From Lytechinus pictus (taxonomy: Eukaryota), in contig NC_087251.1 of the NCBI RefSeq assembly GCF_037042905.1, positions 8,124,001-8,188,000 of the forward strand: a stretch of 64,000 nucleotides of DNA, read 5' to 3'. The notes below the pieces were generated by a model. The model did not search any database. It had not been told where the DNA came from and saw only the letters and a program-made list of their open reading frames with translations. Positions within the stretch are counted from its first letter, which is position 1; every line of letters begins with the position of its first letter. Of this stretch, positions 1-13,700 are shown piece after piece. The position numbers and the translations under genes were made by a program.

Positions 1-433
1 TGAGAATTTCCCCTAACCCAAAACAATCCCCATGGTTACGTTTCATTCTTCAAACATCCCAATCCGGTATATGACATTGATCATATCTGTTATAACTGGA
101 GAGACCATTGATCGAAAACTATCCAAACAAGTCAAAAGAAAAGAAACAACAGAAAATCAGCCATTCAATTAACAAACAAAAGGTGGCATATCGTAGCATT
201 ATGAAATAATATATTATTTTCTTCATCATTTGATTTACATCAGAAGTTACAATGTAATGATGTTTCCCTAAATTCATAAACTTGCATGTCCTGGTTCCAT
301 AAAATGAGTGAAAAGATAAAACATTTTGGGAAACAGACTAGGTGAAAGAGCTGGCTAGACCTGAATTGTGATGAATAATATGCACACAAAAATATTGGCC
401 TTGCCAATAGAAGAGGTTCTACCTGATTAATTA

Positions 434-881
434 GGACACCGTTCTCATTACTCTTTCTGAAACTAATGTTACTGGAAACTGGTTTGGAAGATCGCTTTGC
501 TAGCGTTCCCATTTGATCACCCGAAAGTGGTTTTCAATTTACTTCACGAAAAGCGATCTTGTTGCTATGGGAACGCTCTCAGTGGGGAGACACGTTTCGC
601 GCGAAATTTTAAACTGCAGTGTAGGCATTCCACACACATGGTGTGGAGTAGTGCACTCAAAATATGAGATCGCTTCCCGCAGAACGGTTGGGTCCTCACT
701 TACGCTAAAACTAGTTTAACGAGGCAAAGCGATCTTCAAAACTACATCGCGAGGTGGTTTTATGAACCGGTTTGGAAGATCGCTTCAACCGCTCTCATTA
801 CACATTAAACCGTGTTAATAGCTCCATGGTTAAACTAGTTTCCAGTAAACTAGTTTTAGGAAGGTAGTGAGAACGGTGTCT
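434..881. mobile_element. MITE with TIRs GACACCGTTCTCA (possibly PIF/Harbinger-like)
   Basis: ggacaccgttctcattact...ttactggaaactggttt versus aaactagtttccagtaa...agtgagaacggtgtct; CpG-rich interior. Confidence 0.8.
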
Positions 882-3800
882 TTGACTGCTAGAAAATTAT
901 TGGGGAAACACAATGGATACTGACTTCAAAGACAGCAGTGGAGTTAAGTGATCAGCTACCAATATATTGTTAATATTTGACCTCAGGAAATCATTTGCAA
1001 ACCAAAGTAAATACAGTAGGTAAGAATGATGACAGGTAAATCATTTAACATAAATGTCAATCTATCTGATATTGTGATAAGGTAAAAACAAGGAACATTT
1101 GCCAATATGTTTCATATCATCACCATTTTCACCAAGTGTCAATGAAAAAATGTTGACAAATTAAACTAGACTGTCAATTGTTTTATTTTTTAGCAAAGTT
1201 GAGAATCATCATGATCTCATTCATTTCCTTGAATATTGTACTATCGTGGTATCAAACATGACGTTAAATCACAATTTTTTTTAAACTATCCAAAACAGCT
1301 ACAAAAGTAAACCTATTATTCAATTTAAAAAATTGTTTGTTACTTTGGTCAGTTTGTGAGGATGGTGATGAAATAGAACATTTTTTTGAAAATTTTTAAT
1401 ATTACTGTTCAGTTTTAATTAAGGTTTGATTTAATATTTACACTGAATTATTGAGCAATTCACACTATTAAAGGAAAGGGGAAAATGTAAACATAAAATG
1501 AAACAAGAAAAAGCATCGAATTAAAACAAAAAGATGAAGATCATAAACATTCCATATCCATGGCAATATACTTTTTTTCTATATGCATGAAATCAAGCTT
1601 TTCCAATGAAATTTTATTGGATTAGTATATAATGACATCATATAAAAAATATATTATGACAGCAAGAGTACAGTTAAGTCACATTCACGTACTAGTGTAT
1701 CATATCCAGTGACCATATAGATTTTGCTAAAGTACAGTTAAAGAGTTCTTGACGTAAAATGAGATCCCCATTATAAGTACATTTAGAAAATAGTAGCCCC
1801 TTGGTTTATGCTCACAATATGAATGGTGAAGAAAATAAGCAAAAGAGTAAATTGATCTCAGAAAATACTTCAAATAGAATTGAAAATTTCAACATATTGT
1901 TGTTTAGCTACTGCATTGTTGACTATGTTTAAAAACAGCAAGGCAGTATCTTATGACTCCTGTTTGTAAAGCAGTTATGGAAAACAAATAAAAGAACAAC
2001 CACTACTGAAGTCTCCTAACACACAATTGGATGATACACCAATACTATTCTGACATAAACATGTTTATACCTGTGTATATTTATATATCTGTGATGGGCA
2101 TGAACATATTACATCTGTTTGTGTTTTCTATTGTTACAACACCTTGTTATTAAACTTTGATACAATAGCTTCTCTCTTCTACCATGAAGGCTGATGCCTT
2201 TGTCAAGGCTGTCTCATTTTTTTACCATTCATAAGAAAAAAAAGAATTGTTTTCTCTCACCCAGCCGGCTCCATTGATAAAAGAAACAGAAAGAAACATG
2301 TATATCTTGATTTGTAACTAGGGACAACTAGAAAACTAAGACTATGAGTTTAGAATAGGGGAGTGGGCTATTTAGTTATTCAGTTATAAGGACCAAGTTG
2401 AGTAGAAGTAAGAGATATGATTGATTTGTCAAGTATAGTACACTGAATCATGATTGTATGATAAAAGACTTATGGAAGCCTACAACTGCACTTTTACACT
2501 ATCTAAATCAACTACACTGTGTTATCTAATTTAACATGACTCTCTATCCTGAATGATATCATGATTTTCATCAAACAAAGAACAAAATATCTTTATAATC
2601 TGATCATAAGTGGCAATGCCAGTGTCATTATAAACATTCAACTGACTTATTTGAGTTTGTGGAATTGTTTTTCTTCACGGGGTTGGGGTGGGGTCACAAA
2701 ATGATATTAACTTCAAATTTACCAGGATCTGTTCATGCATCTAAAACAAAATACTGCAGATTTTTTATTGCAAAAAAACAAAAAATATATTTAAAATGAA
2801 AGCTTATATCATAATAGTTGTATCTATGATTCTTTGTTCTTCTGTTGGCCTACTTTTGTTTTCAATTTCATTTTCAATGAGATAAGCTTACAGATAACCA
2901 TGATAAAAACTAAATTCATTAGTTAGTAGAGACATTCTACAGCCACTTTTCCTCTTCCTTTCAATTATACATGACATTTGCTTTACTGTGAGTCACACTC
3001 ATCTTAGTCTTACTCAACTACTTAAAGGTAAAACATCAGTCATCTAATTAAAATATTTCTTTTTCAACACTTCAAGGTCTGCTGGTTGACTCCCTCAATA
3101 TGCAGTAAAATATATTACCCATTTTGCCGTATCAAATATTGATTTGTTAATTTTCATATTTCCAACGTGATTTAATCAATGAAAACCAGCTAAGTTTAGA
3201 TGAAACATTGCCAGCCTTGGTTGTCCCATAAAAAATGTACTCACAAAATTCACAGTAACTATTAATAGCTACATAAATTTTCACATATGATTGGATAATG
3301 GCTAGTTTGTCTACTTTTAATATTGTTATTAATGACCCCCCGCCCCCCTTAAATCAGTCCCATTTTTTTTTCAGAAGGATATTGCAAGATGAATTAGCTA
3401 CAGATCCTGGTATTTTTCCCCAATTTGCAAAACAGTTACTCACATATTTTGATATAGGAATTACCCCCATGATAGTATATTACCCTAATAATTAAAAGGT
3501 AGAGTCCTTTCAAAGAATAATTGTAAAAAGCAAAGAATGAATAGAAAAGATAATCACTACTTATTAAGGTAGGAGAGAATGAATGACATGACCATGAACT
3601 TGGCAAGAGTCTGGTCACTGCCCAAGTTGGTCAATTTAAATGGACAGTATGATGACCAGTTATGTCAGTTTGATTACTGCTATCCACTCACTTGATTACT
3701 TCTCTTAAACAAAGACCATCAACAGGTGCTAGAGTGAGAAGCACACTATCTGTGGCTCCAATATCCTGTGACCTGACAGGCTCAATTACAGCAGAGAAAT

Positions 3801-6453
3801 ACAACTCATTGCTCTCAAACCAATCCTTTTAAAACTACATTACAGCAGCTAATGATGTGTCATCATACCTTAAACAAACTCTAATAATTCTTCTATAGCG
3901 ACCCAACGCACAGGGACTGGCTCAATTCCAGTATATTCAGAGGCTCATACGGTGAAAGTGCATGTAACTTTACAAACAGGAAGATTGTATTTTGCTATAT
4001 AACTTTGCCTTTGGGAAAGTTGGAGAACACCTTTAGGCTACTGTAACAATGAATGTTACAACTAAATCTGCATAATTTATGTTACTTTCTGAAAGTGACA
4101 AAGTCTATCAGTAATCAATAACTATCATGGCATGGTATTAATTTATATATTTATCATGAAACTTTAACCTCAGTTCCAAGAATCTTGCAATCTGCAGTAG
4201 GTAGACTAGTTCAGTCAACATTATAAATGAACTGTGATTCTAGATGCTGCAAAGAACAAACAATACCCATGAAAGTTACTGCCTGGGGCCTAAACTATTT
4301 TTGAGGTAACAAGAAATATTTCTTTGTCTACAAAGGAGCTCAATATCAATTGAAAGGAAAAAGCAAGCATGACACACAAACATGCAGTAGAACAAAGACT
4401 TGTACACATTTACACAATGTCTGCATTCTCTCAGTAGAGGGCAGCAAACAATCACAATTATTGGGGAATGTTGAGTAGCCTTATCTTTGGAAAGTAATTA
4501 TCATGTGCTGTCCCAGACAGAGTCAGCAAGTCAACTAACATTGAACTAGTATATTATTAGTATTGAGCAAAGTATGATGTAAGTATATAATACAAATATA
4601 CTAGTATACCAATTCATACTAACAGAGCGAACAGATAATATTACAGTGAAATATCAGAATACATATAAGATTTTAAAGATGAATACACATATATTTCTAA
4701 ATAACACAAAAGTAACCTCTTACAAAACAAGGATTAATATAGAGAATACATTTTATAAACCAAATCATAATTGCTCATTAAAATATTACATGCAAATATC
4801 AATTTAGTTGGGGCTGTGCAGCAAATGATTCTGGATTTCATAATAGGAAAATTAATATTTTCTTTGATAGAGAGCAATTTAACCCGATTATAATTGATGC
4901 TGTCTTCTAAAATCTGATTGCAAATAGAAATCATTTAATTTAAGATAGATATAGATATTTATTCTTAATTGAAATCTTTCAATATCTTGAAAAGTGAAAT
5001 ATAATCATCTCCTTAGAAGGATCATGGAATGGAATATGAGAAATACATATAAATACACATAAATACATATTTTACTTGTGATAAAATTAGAATAAAGATT
5101 GTACTGTAGCTGCAAATGAAACAATACTAATTTCATTATAGCGTGATCGAACATATATTCATATGCACATAAAGAGTAATGGCACAATTATCATTCATGT
5201 TTTCATACTCCATTGATTCTGAAGTAGTCTAACAATTACCTCACAAGAAACGAGATAAAAAATTTAGTGCCTTTTATTTTCATCAACTAGAATGGCAATA
5301 CAGTACATCTGTTACATTACAAAGTAGTAAATAATGGTTATTACCGGTAACGGTTGGAAGTCAAATACATGAAACTCAATATCGACTCAACCTACTCCAT
5401 ATCACATAGATATAAACATGTTTTCAATGGAATAATACATACTGTACATGAAATATTATCATTATTTATCAAATTCTTGTAGTGAAATATCAGCACTGGT
5501 AGCAATATATATTCTCTGTAATTATGTACACTCAAACTCCTTTTTCATGTATAAACAAAACAATGAATAGAAGTACAGGTATATGCCTCAATAGTTTACT
5601 CAATAGCATGATCAATAGAAATGATTTGCGTATAATTTACTTTGGCTCTCTATTTCAGATTATTCTGAATGTTATTTGACTGAATTCCACAATAAATATA
5701 ATCAAAGGAAAGGGATGCAAATTTTGTTGGTCGGTATATTAGCCTCGTTTGACGATCAAGACAAGGGGATATTTATTAAAGATTACGTAGCTTTGCCATT
5801 AGAGTAACTACCATGGAAACCTTTAATTTGATTTAGTTGTTGAGCCCTGTAACCACGGGAGTTACCAAATTGGCAAAGTAACCATAATTGTAATTTCTCA
5901 TACACAGAGACATACATGTATTCTAATGCTGATTGCAATTATAATGCATTATGTGCTGATATGATCAAAATATAAGAGCTATACTAGACATCATTTTTTT
6001 AGACTTTGGATTAAAATTGAATTTCATACTATGGAATAAACTAAGGTACATGTGTTTACTTGAGGTAATAACTACTTTGCATGTTCATTTACACATTAAC
6101 ACTTTGCAGATATTCAATATTTTTGTCTGAGCCAGGCTACAGGTTGTGGAACAAAGTATGAATTTTCCCCATTTTTCATTTGAAAACTTCACATATTTTT
6201 TTAATACTGGGTGGGAGCAAATATTCATAGTGATATTCAAAAACATTTTGCTCTTATAAGAGGTGGCAGGGGCACTTAACTGTTATTTTGAAGGGGACAT
6301 GTTGGAGGATAAAACAGGAGGAGTGCGGAAGTCAAAGAGGTATGTGTCTTTATTACATGGGTACCCAATTTAAAAGTTCACTTTCTGTAGTATAGATGGA
6401 TCAGGTTCATATTATACAAATGATGCATATAAATAAGCGCGTGCATGTAGGGC

Positions 6454-6890
6454 TAAGTAATGAATGATATGTGAGAAGAGCCAATGGATATACAGCACCG
6501 AGGTACGCAGGACCGAGTGCGGTATATCCATTTGGCGAATCGAACACAGAGTTGGTTATTTAGGTCCTCCATGCACAAGAATGTATACATTGTTGGTTTT
6601 ATACAACCTTCCCCCTCCCCAATGTTACTGAGTTGCCCCAAACGCTATATTTGATCTAAATTCTAGACAATTCTAGATAATTCCAGACCTCACACTATCC
6701 TGCACTCTGACCTCTTAGTGCAGGATAGTGCATTTGGTATGTCAGAGTGCAAGATAGTACATTTGGTATGACGTCAGAGTGCAGGATAGTGCTTCTGGTA
6801 TGAGGTCAGAGTGCAGGATAGTGCATTTTGGATGCCATAGTGCAATTCGCTGAATATCATGTGATCCGATTTAGACCAATCAGATTACAG
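6454..6890. mobile_element. Non-autonomous repeat element with a hairpin and an internal 29-32-bp tandem (GTCAGAGTGCAGGATAGTGCATTTGGTAT)
   Basis: Hairpin gccaatggatatacagcac...gtgcggtatatccatttggc (~6480-6536); about four tandem units 6717-6843; inverted unit at 6693-6714. Confidence 0.6.
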
Positions 6891-6892
6891 AT

Positions 6893-7372
6893 TATCCTGT
6901 CAAGAGATTGACCAATTGTATCCTGTCAAGAGATTGACCAATTGTATCCTGTCAAGAGATTGACAAAGTATTATTGACTATCCTGTCATGAGATTGACCA
7001 ATTGTTATTGACTATTCTGTCATGAGATTGACCAATTGTTATTGACTATCCTGTCATGAGATTGACCAATTGTTATTGACTATCCTGTCATGAGATTGAC
7101 CAATTGTTATTGACTATTCTGTCATGAGATTGACCAATTGTTATTGACTATCCTGTCATGAGATTGACCAATTGTTATTGACTATCCTGCCATAAGATTA
7201 ACCAAGTATTATTGACTATCCTGTCATGAGATTGACCAATTATTAGTAACTATCCTGTCAAGAGATTGATAAAATGTTATTGACTATCCTTTCATCAGAA
7301 TGACCACATGTTATTGACTATCCTGTCATGAGATTGACCAAACATTACTGACCATCATGTCATGAGATTGAC
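6893..7372. repeat. Minisatellite, unit TATCCTGTCATGAGATTGACCAATTGTTATTGAC (two 26-bp units, twelve 34-bp units and one partial)
   Basis: Units start at 6893, 6919, 6945 and then every 34 bp to 7353; no spacers. Confidence 0.95.
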
Positions 7373-7727
7373 TCTGCCCAGCCAGTGCCCTGGACTGCAT
7401 CATTCTTTGCTGCTGGTTTGGATGGAGATGAAGAGTTGGAAGAAGCGACAGGGAACATGAGAACCTTAGCTAGCATGTAGGAGAGATCTGGGAGTGAATC
7501 TAAGACAGAATTGGCTTCAGAACTGAGACCTGCCTCTCGCTTTGGTTTCTGTTTGACCATGGAGGATGAGGAATGTTTGAGGATCTCGTCAAGAGCATTA
7601 GGAGACTTTCTCTGAGAGGAAGATGATGGTTGGTTGGTAGATGAGGAAGATGGAGTCAATGCTGGTTGGAGTGGAGGTTCAGATGGACTCACCGCGAGGT
7701 CCAAGAGTTCTGGATCCACTTTTTGCA
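7360..7727 (-). CDS. AFTPH: AFTPH terminal coding exon (VQKVDPELLDL...AKVLMFP...WAESIS*)
   Basis: Acceptor tttatattctcag|TG in phase 1; conserved LPDLSYMLAKVLMFP; TGA at 7362-7360. Confidence 0.95.
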
Positions 7728-10700
7728 CTGAGAATATAAATGAGAAAAAGAGGATAATACACATTGCAATTGTAATTTCATTTAAAACACCAACAACAAA
7801 TGATACAACTTCCAATCATCCACAAGGTAAAAACAATTTAAACACTTAAAGAACATGTTTCCAGTTTTAATGATTTTTCTGGAATATTTGATTATCCACT
7901 TTTGATATACTTTCAAACTAGTTTTAATGACTGGGGTTATTCAACTTTCCTTGATTAAAGTATAATAGCTAATAGTAATCTCAAAATGAATAATAATATT
8001 CCTGTTTATTGAATATCAGATAAAGCCACATTCATATTCTAAAAATATTGGCTAAAAATATGGATACTGAAGGTGCAGGTGCTGAGAAAATTAATGAGGA
8101 AACTAGATGAGTAAAATGACCATCATGCAGAACATGCACAGCAAATAAGATGGATATATAAAGGTTAGGATACATGTATCAAGGACAAGAAATCAAGGGA
8201 GACAATGATTAAAGATGTGTGTGAGAGAGACAGAGTGGAGGGGGAGAGATAGAAGGGGGGATGGAGGGGAAGGGGTAACAATTGGGGAAGGGTGAGTGAA
8301 AGTGAAAATAAAGCAAACATAAAATCTAGTCACTTTCCTTATGGTTTAAAGATGATGTATTATATCACCCCCCCCCTGAATTGGTCTATTACTGACTATA
8401 ATTCAATGAAAGTGTTGAATTAGCAACTTCCAAAGTTGAGAGTATAGTATATATCATTTATCAAAATCAGACAAAATGGTATTTTAACTACTGAAAAAAA
8501 TGAAATAGGTTGGTTTTGATAGAAGTGGAATAAATGGAGGATACACATTGATGAATGTTTGGCTAAAATCCATCAAATAAAAAATAATTACAGTTGTGGG
8601 TTTTGAAGTTTCAATTATGTGAAATCACATATATGAGATAAATTATAAATATAAAATACCATTAAATCAAAATGAAACTTTCTTTACTTTTCATTTTATC
8701 AATAGACACATCACTTCATTCTATAAAAATTCTATTTTCAGTAATCATGAAACAAATGAAATCTATGGCATTTATATTACATGACATACATGTATGGGGT
8801 ACCTGCTTAAGAGACACTACGAAATAACAAAATTTTTTTAAAAATGTAAAACTCTGTTATTCTTTGAATGCTATTCATGCCTACCTAAAAAATGAATCAT
8901 TCATCTAACTATATTTTGATATATTACATCATTTGCTCTATCACAGCTATGGAAGATTCAGGACTTCACAACTCCATGATAGATGTACACAGAATATATA
9001 CTACATCCATAAGCAAGCTATAATTCCTCATATACTTTCCATTTTATCAGCAGCAAAGCATCTACAGTGCTTCTACATTGTATTCCTTCATATTCAGAAA
9101 GAATTCAACAGCCAAGAAAGAGAAAGCCCACTAGGCCCATCATCAAGAAAATATATCAAGGAAACTCAAAATCAACACACCATATGGTTCCTGCGTTAGC
9201 TAGATGTAAACATAATACATTCTTTCAAATACAAAATATATATTGTTTACTTGCATTGCTCAAACATGCTCCTTACAGGTTGAATTAAAAAAAGTGATAA
9301 TATACATGCATATATGTATATGTTTAAATAAGCCTGAAAAGAAATACCAGATGTCAAAGGAAAAAGCAAGTGGTGGATTTTAAGCACTGTCCCTTAAAAA
9401 GAAAACAAACATTTTTTTTTCATTTCACTAAAGTCATCAAGATAAGATCATTTTCTTAATGTGAAGATGATGTAATTAATGATGCAAACAAAAATGAAAC
9501 AGTTCAATTGCAAAATACTTAAAATCCACAGTGATTTCTTTCTGGGATACCTCATATAAAATTTGATATTTTTCTTCTGTAGAATAGCTCTAACTGCATA
9601 AAATTTTGCTATAATCAGTGTCATAATTCCACAAATGAGTTGGTTCAATAAATCAATTTCTGTATTTCTGCCTAGACAGCTATTCCAAATTGATTTTTTT
9701 TTGGTTTAAATCAGGCTGATCCAGAAACATATCAGTTCTTGTTTAAGCTTTTACAGATTTTTTTTACAACAGTGCCATCTCTTGTTGAAATGCATGTAAT
9801 TAAACAAAGTCACAATGCCAGAAACTGAAATTCAGACAGTGTAGAGAATACAATTTCAGATACCGTAGAACAATGAGATGTAGCTAATATGAGTGATGGT
9901 GCCTTTTGAAGAATCACAACTATTTTTTTCCAAAGGGAAAATAAAGTCATTGTTCGTAAAGCATAGTGCAATTCAATCTCATCCCATTCACCAACATATT
10001 CAAAAACCTTTCTTACAGCACATTTTATGTGTAATTATTCAGCAGTATAAAGTGAATATAGGAAGGTACATTCCTTTCCTTTGCAAGGATGCAATTGTAT
10101 CCAATTCCCATGTTTTATCATGAGGAAATCAGAGTAATTAAAAATGCACTATAAATCAACAGCACCGTTGTAATATAAGATGGGAAATAAATTCCAGAAG
10201 TTTTGAAAAGGAAGGTTGATCAGTTAATAAGGTAAGATGAATAAAATAAGAGTAATAAAACTTACTGACGTCAATAATACATTTGAGTAATCACAATTTT
10301 TATGAACAAAATAAATCAGCGTGATGGAATTTGAAATGGGTGTATGCTTTGTAATATCAGAACGAGGCAGTTTGAACCATAATAGTTAATTTTGATTTTT
10401 GTAAGGCATATTGCACCAGGAGACAGATGTTACCCTGCTAGCGGTTAATTGCTATGTCACTGATGGTGATATAAGAGCAACTCCATCAACTAATGAGCTT
10501 GGAATATTTTACAGATAGTAGAGTAAGGAGCCATTTCAATACTCATATATATAAGGAATGCTTTTATAACAGATGATGATGTAATAAAGGAGAAAATAGA
10601 AATAAGTAAAGACAAGAAGACACATCATCCTGTCAAGTCAATTATAAGTACAAAAAACAAAAAAAAAAACACCCAAAACAACCAAGATCTATTGCACTAC

Positions 10701-13700
10701 AAGGGGCAGATTTTGACATGCTAGCAGGTAATTGGTCTGTCACCATTCCGTCATATAATGAGCTTGGAATATTCTACTAGCTAGAAGGGCAAGGAATAAT
10801 TCACTCCTAACTAAAACTCAGGAGATAACACTGTAATACCCATCAAGATGATGATATAATTTGTGCATTTTATAATACATGTGTTGCTGCGCCACTAACG
10901 TTCACTTTCAGAAGACGCTTGTGGGTCAATACCTTTTTTCTAAGATAGCATGGGCCATGATTGAGATTTAGAATTTAAGGACGTTCCACAGTTAATGCGC
11001 ATCATGATCTGCACATATTTCATGCTATGCACTTTGACGTCACAATGGATGAATAGGTGATTGATTAGCTATAGGTATCAGTGGATTTTTCCCTTGATCT
11101 GCATTCTAACGGCATATCAGATGTGTTATTTTATGAAGCTGAAAATAATCCACGGACCCATCTTTTAAATACCTCTAAAATTTCAGAACACTTTACTTCG
11201 AATTAATCCAAATTATGACAAATATGACCTCAAGTTTGAATAAATGGTAGAGCAGTTTGAGATATTTCCTCATATAGATACAAAGCATTTGGCGCAATTT
11301 TGGTGTTTCAAAAAGCTCATATCCTCCAACAAAAGTGCTGATAGTTTAAAAACAAGCACATGAACCCATATTTTGTAATGTTTACACCTCTTAAGATTTC
11401 CTTCCTCTACGACTTTGCAAATATTTGTGAAAATGACATGGGTTTTGAAAAAAGTGCCGCAGTTATTGCACTTCACAAATTTGTTACAGAAATTCAATCA
11501 AATTTTTGAGATAGGTTTTTGTGATCTTTTCACACCATTTTAAAGAACTGAAGGTGCTTCTGGCCTTAAAAGGTCAATCAACTAGCGATATGAATGGATT
11601 ATCCATCTTAAGTATACAGTTCTGAAATATACTGTGAAATTTGATGAAATTTACATGGGTTTTGGCTGAGTAATAGATGTTTGAACTCAACGTAGTAATC
11701 CCATGAGGTCCAAAAATGTCTAAACCTTTTGAATGCGCATTTGTTGAGAACTTGATAGCAAAAATCAAGCACATGAACCCATGTTATTTTTGGCAATCCT
11801 GGAATATTTAGGTGCTGAAGTACCTCTGTGCAAAGTTTGGTGAAAATGACATGGATTTCATATCAACTGTGGAACGTCCTTAAAAAGAAATATTTAACTT
11901 GAAGATGAATCCTAGGAAAACCTTAGCATTCAAATGAGGTTAGTAATCACTTTGAAAGTGAAAGACTGATTAATGCATGGTGTTGAATACAATGTTGTTG
12001 ACCAATCTCTCAGAATCAATGCGAACGAGAGACTTTGCAATAAAGGGCACATATATCATGCAACGCACAAATTCAGGAGAATCAAGAAGTTGATAAGACA
12101 AGAAAAAAAAAACATTATCAGGCCAAGAAGACAAAAAAACAAGATGCTTTATCTCATCTAGTTGACTTTGTAAAGACAAGGGAGACAGTGGAACAAGATC
12201 CTTTATTATGACATGATGATTGTGTAAAGTTAACTTTAAGACACAAAACAAGGAGACATTAGTCTCCTCATTTTGACAAGGTCAACCAATATTCACAAGA
12301 CAAAATATTGGATCTTTTCTTATCTTATTGCGTTGAATGTATTCCCCAGTAAATTCACGACATTGAGAACATATTGCATGATCAGCCTTGCTAAAGACTT
12401 TGTGCATATTGTATAATGTTGTTTTCCAGGAAAACCAAGTGGATTTCAGTTATTGATTTCTTACTGATCAGGACAGGAAGCACTACATGCGTTGATTATG
12501 CAACAGACTTTAAGAATATTTTTACCAAAAAAATGAATAATGTATTTCTGGTTTACCTCTCTAAGAGGTAAACCAGAAATACATTGCTGTCCTCTCTCTA
12601 TGTTTCCTTCCAAGAATCTTCATTTCTTTCTCTTTCTCCAACTCCCACTCTCTCTACCCACTAATTTCTCTCATTTACACACAATGCAATCAAAAATGTT
12701 CTATCTGCATATCCATCCATTCCATAAATGTGTCTTTTATCAAGAAATATACATGAAGAAAGATGTATGAAAAAAAGAAGCAAAATAATACATCTTGTGA
12801 AGAAATAATAAAATTAACATGAAACCCACAGCAAATCAAACCATGCAAAGTACTGTATATATACAAGAACTAACTATGAACACCACAATGTCTACTCTAT
12901 ACAATAGTAAAAGAAGAATATATCTATGTAAATATATGAGCAAAGAAAATAAAGTACAAAACTGAAGAAAAATGCTATCTGACAATTGATCAAGAAAGTA
13001 AAATAAACTAGAATGTGAGTGCAATATACATGTACTTGCAAGCCACATAACTGAACATGGAAACTCTAACACAGTATTTACACTCAACACTGAAAAAAGA
13101 TAGCGACTGAAATCTAAGAATTCAAGAACATGCACACTAAACTATTAATGAATGATCCTCTAGGATATGTCCTCCCTAAGAGGAGTTTTACCTGATCTAG
13201 ATTTATGTCTAGAAGAAGAGCTCTTTCGCTCATTGGCGAAAAAGTCCAGGTTTAAACTGTTTGCTGTTATATATCAATAAGAATTGGTTAGATGAGAAGG
13301 GAACATAAGTTGTAAACAGGAGAAAAGTAGAGGTGTCATGCTTTATTAATTAAAAGGGGAAAAGAGAATCAGATACTATTTTTTCAACTGTAAAATTCTA
13401 AAACTCATACTACCATGACTGAATCAATGCCCATTTTGTGACAATTTAAAACACAACAGTCAACACCCGAGAAATGGCATGATTAATAAGAAATGAAATA
13501 TCGTTATAGACTCATATGTGAAATGCCTACATAACCCAGAAAGTAGAATTCATGATATGATGTTCAATGTCCCATCATCATATTCATTATCTACTGCAAG
13601 ACATGAAATTAATAAATATTTGATAGACAAAAAGTTAAGGGACCAATACCTACATCATTTTAAGCTACTAATTTTTCTTCAAAAAATATTTTCATCAATA

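Noticed and set aside
6893..7372. 34-bp partly palindromic repeats resembling a CRISPR array
   Set aside because: Units are head-to-tail with no unique spacers, there are no cas genes, and the context is a eukaryotic 3' UTR.
7728..7815. Hydrophobic N-terminal part of the 151-aa ORF (apparent membrane anchor)
   Set aside because: It is the intronic polypyrimidine tract upstream of the 7727 acceptor.
11970..12251. Peptide DLVPLSPLSLQSQLDEIKH as an alternative AFTPH exon
   Set aside because: The nearest acceptor is phase 0 whereas this intron is phase 1, and there is no good donor.
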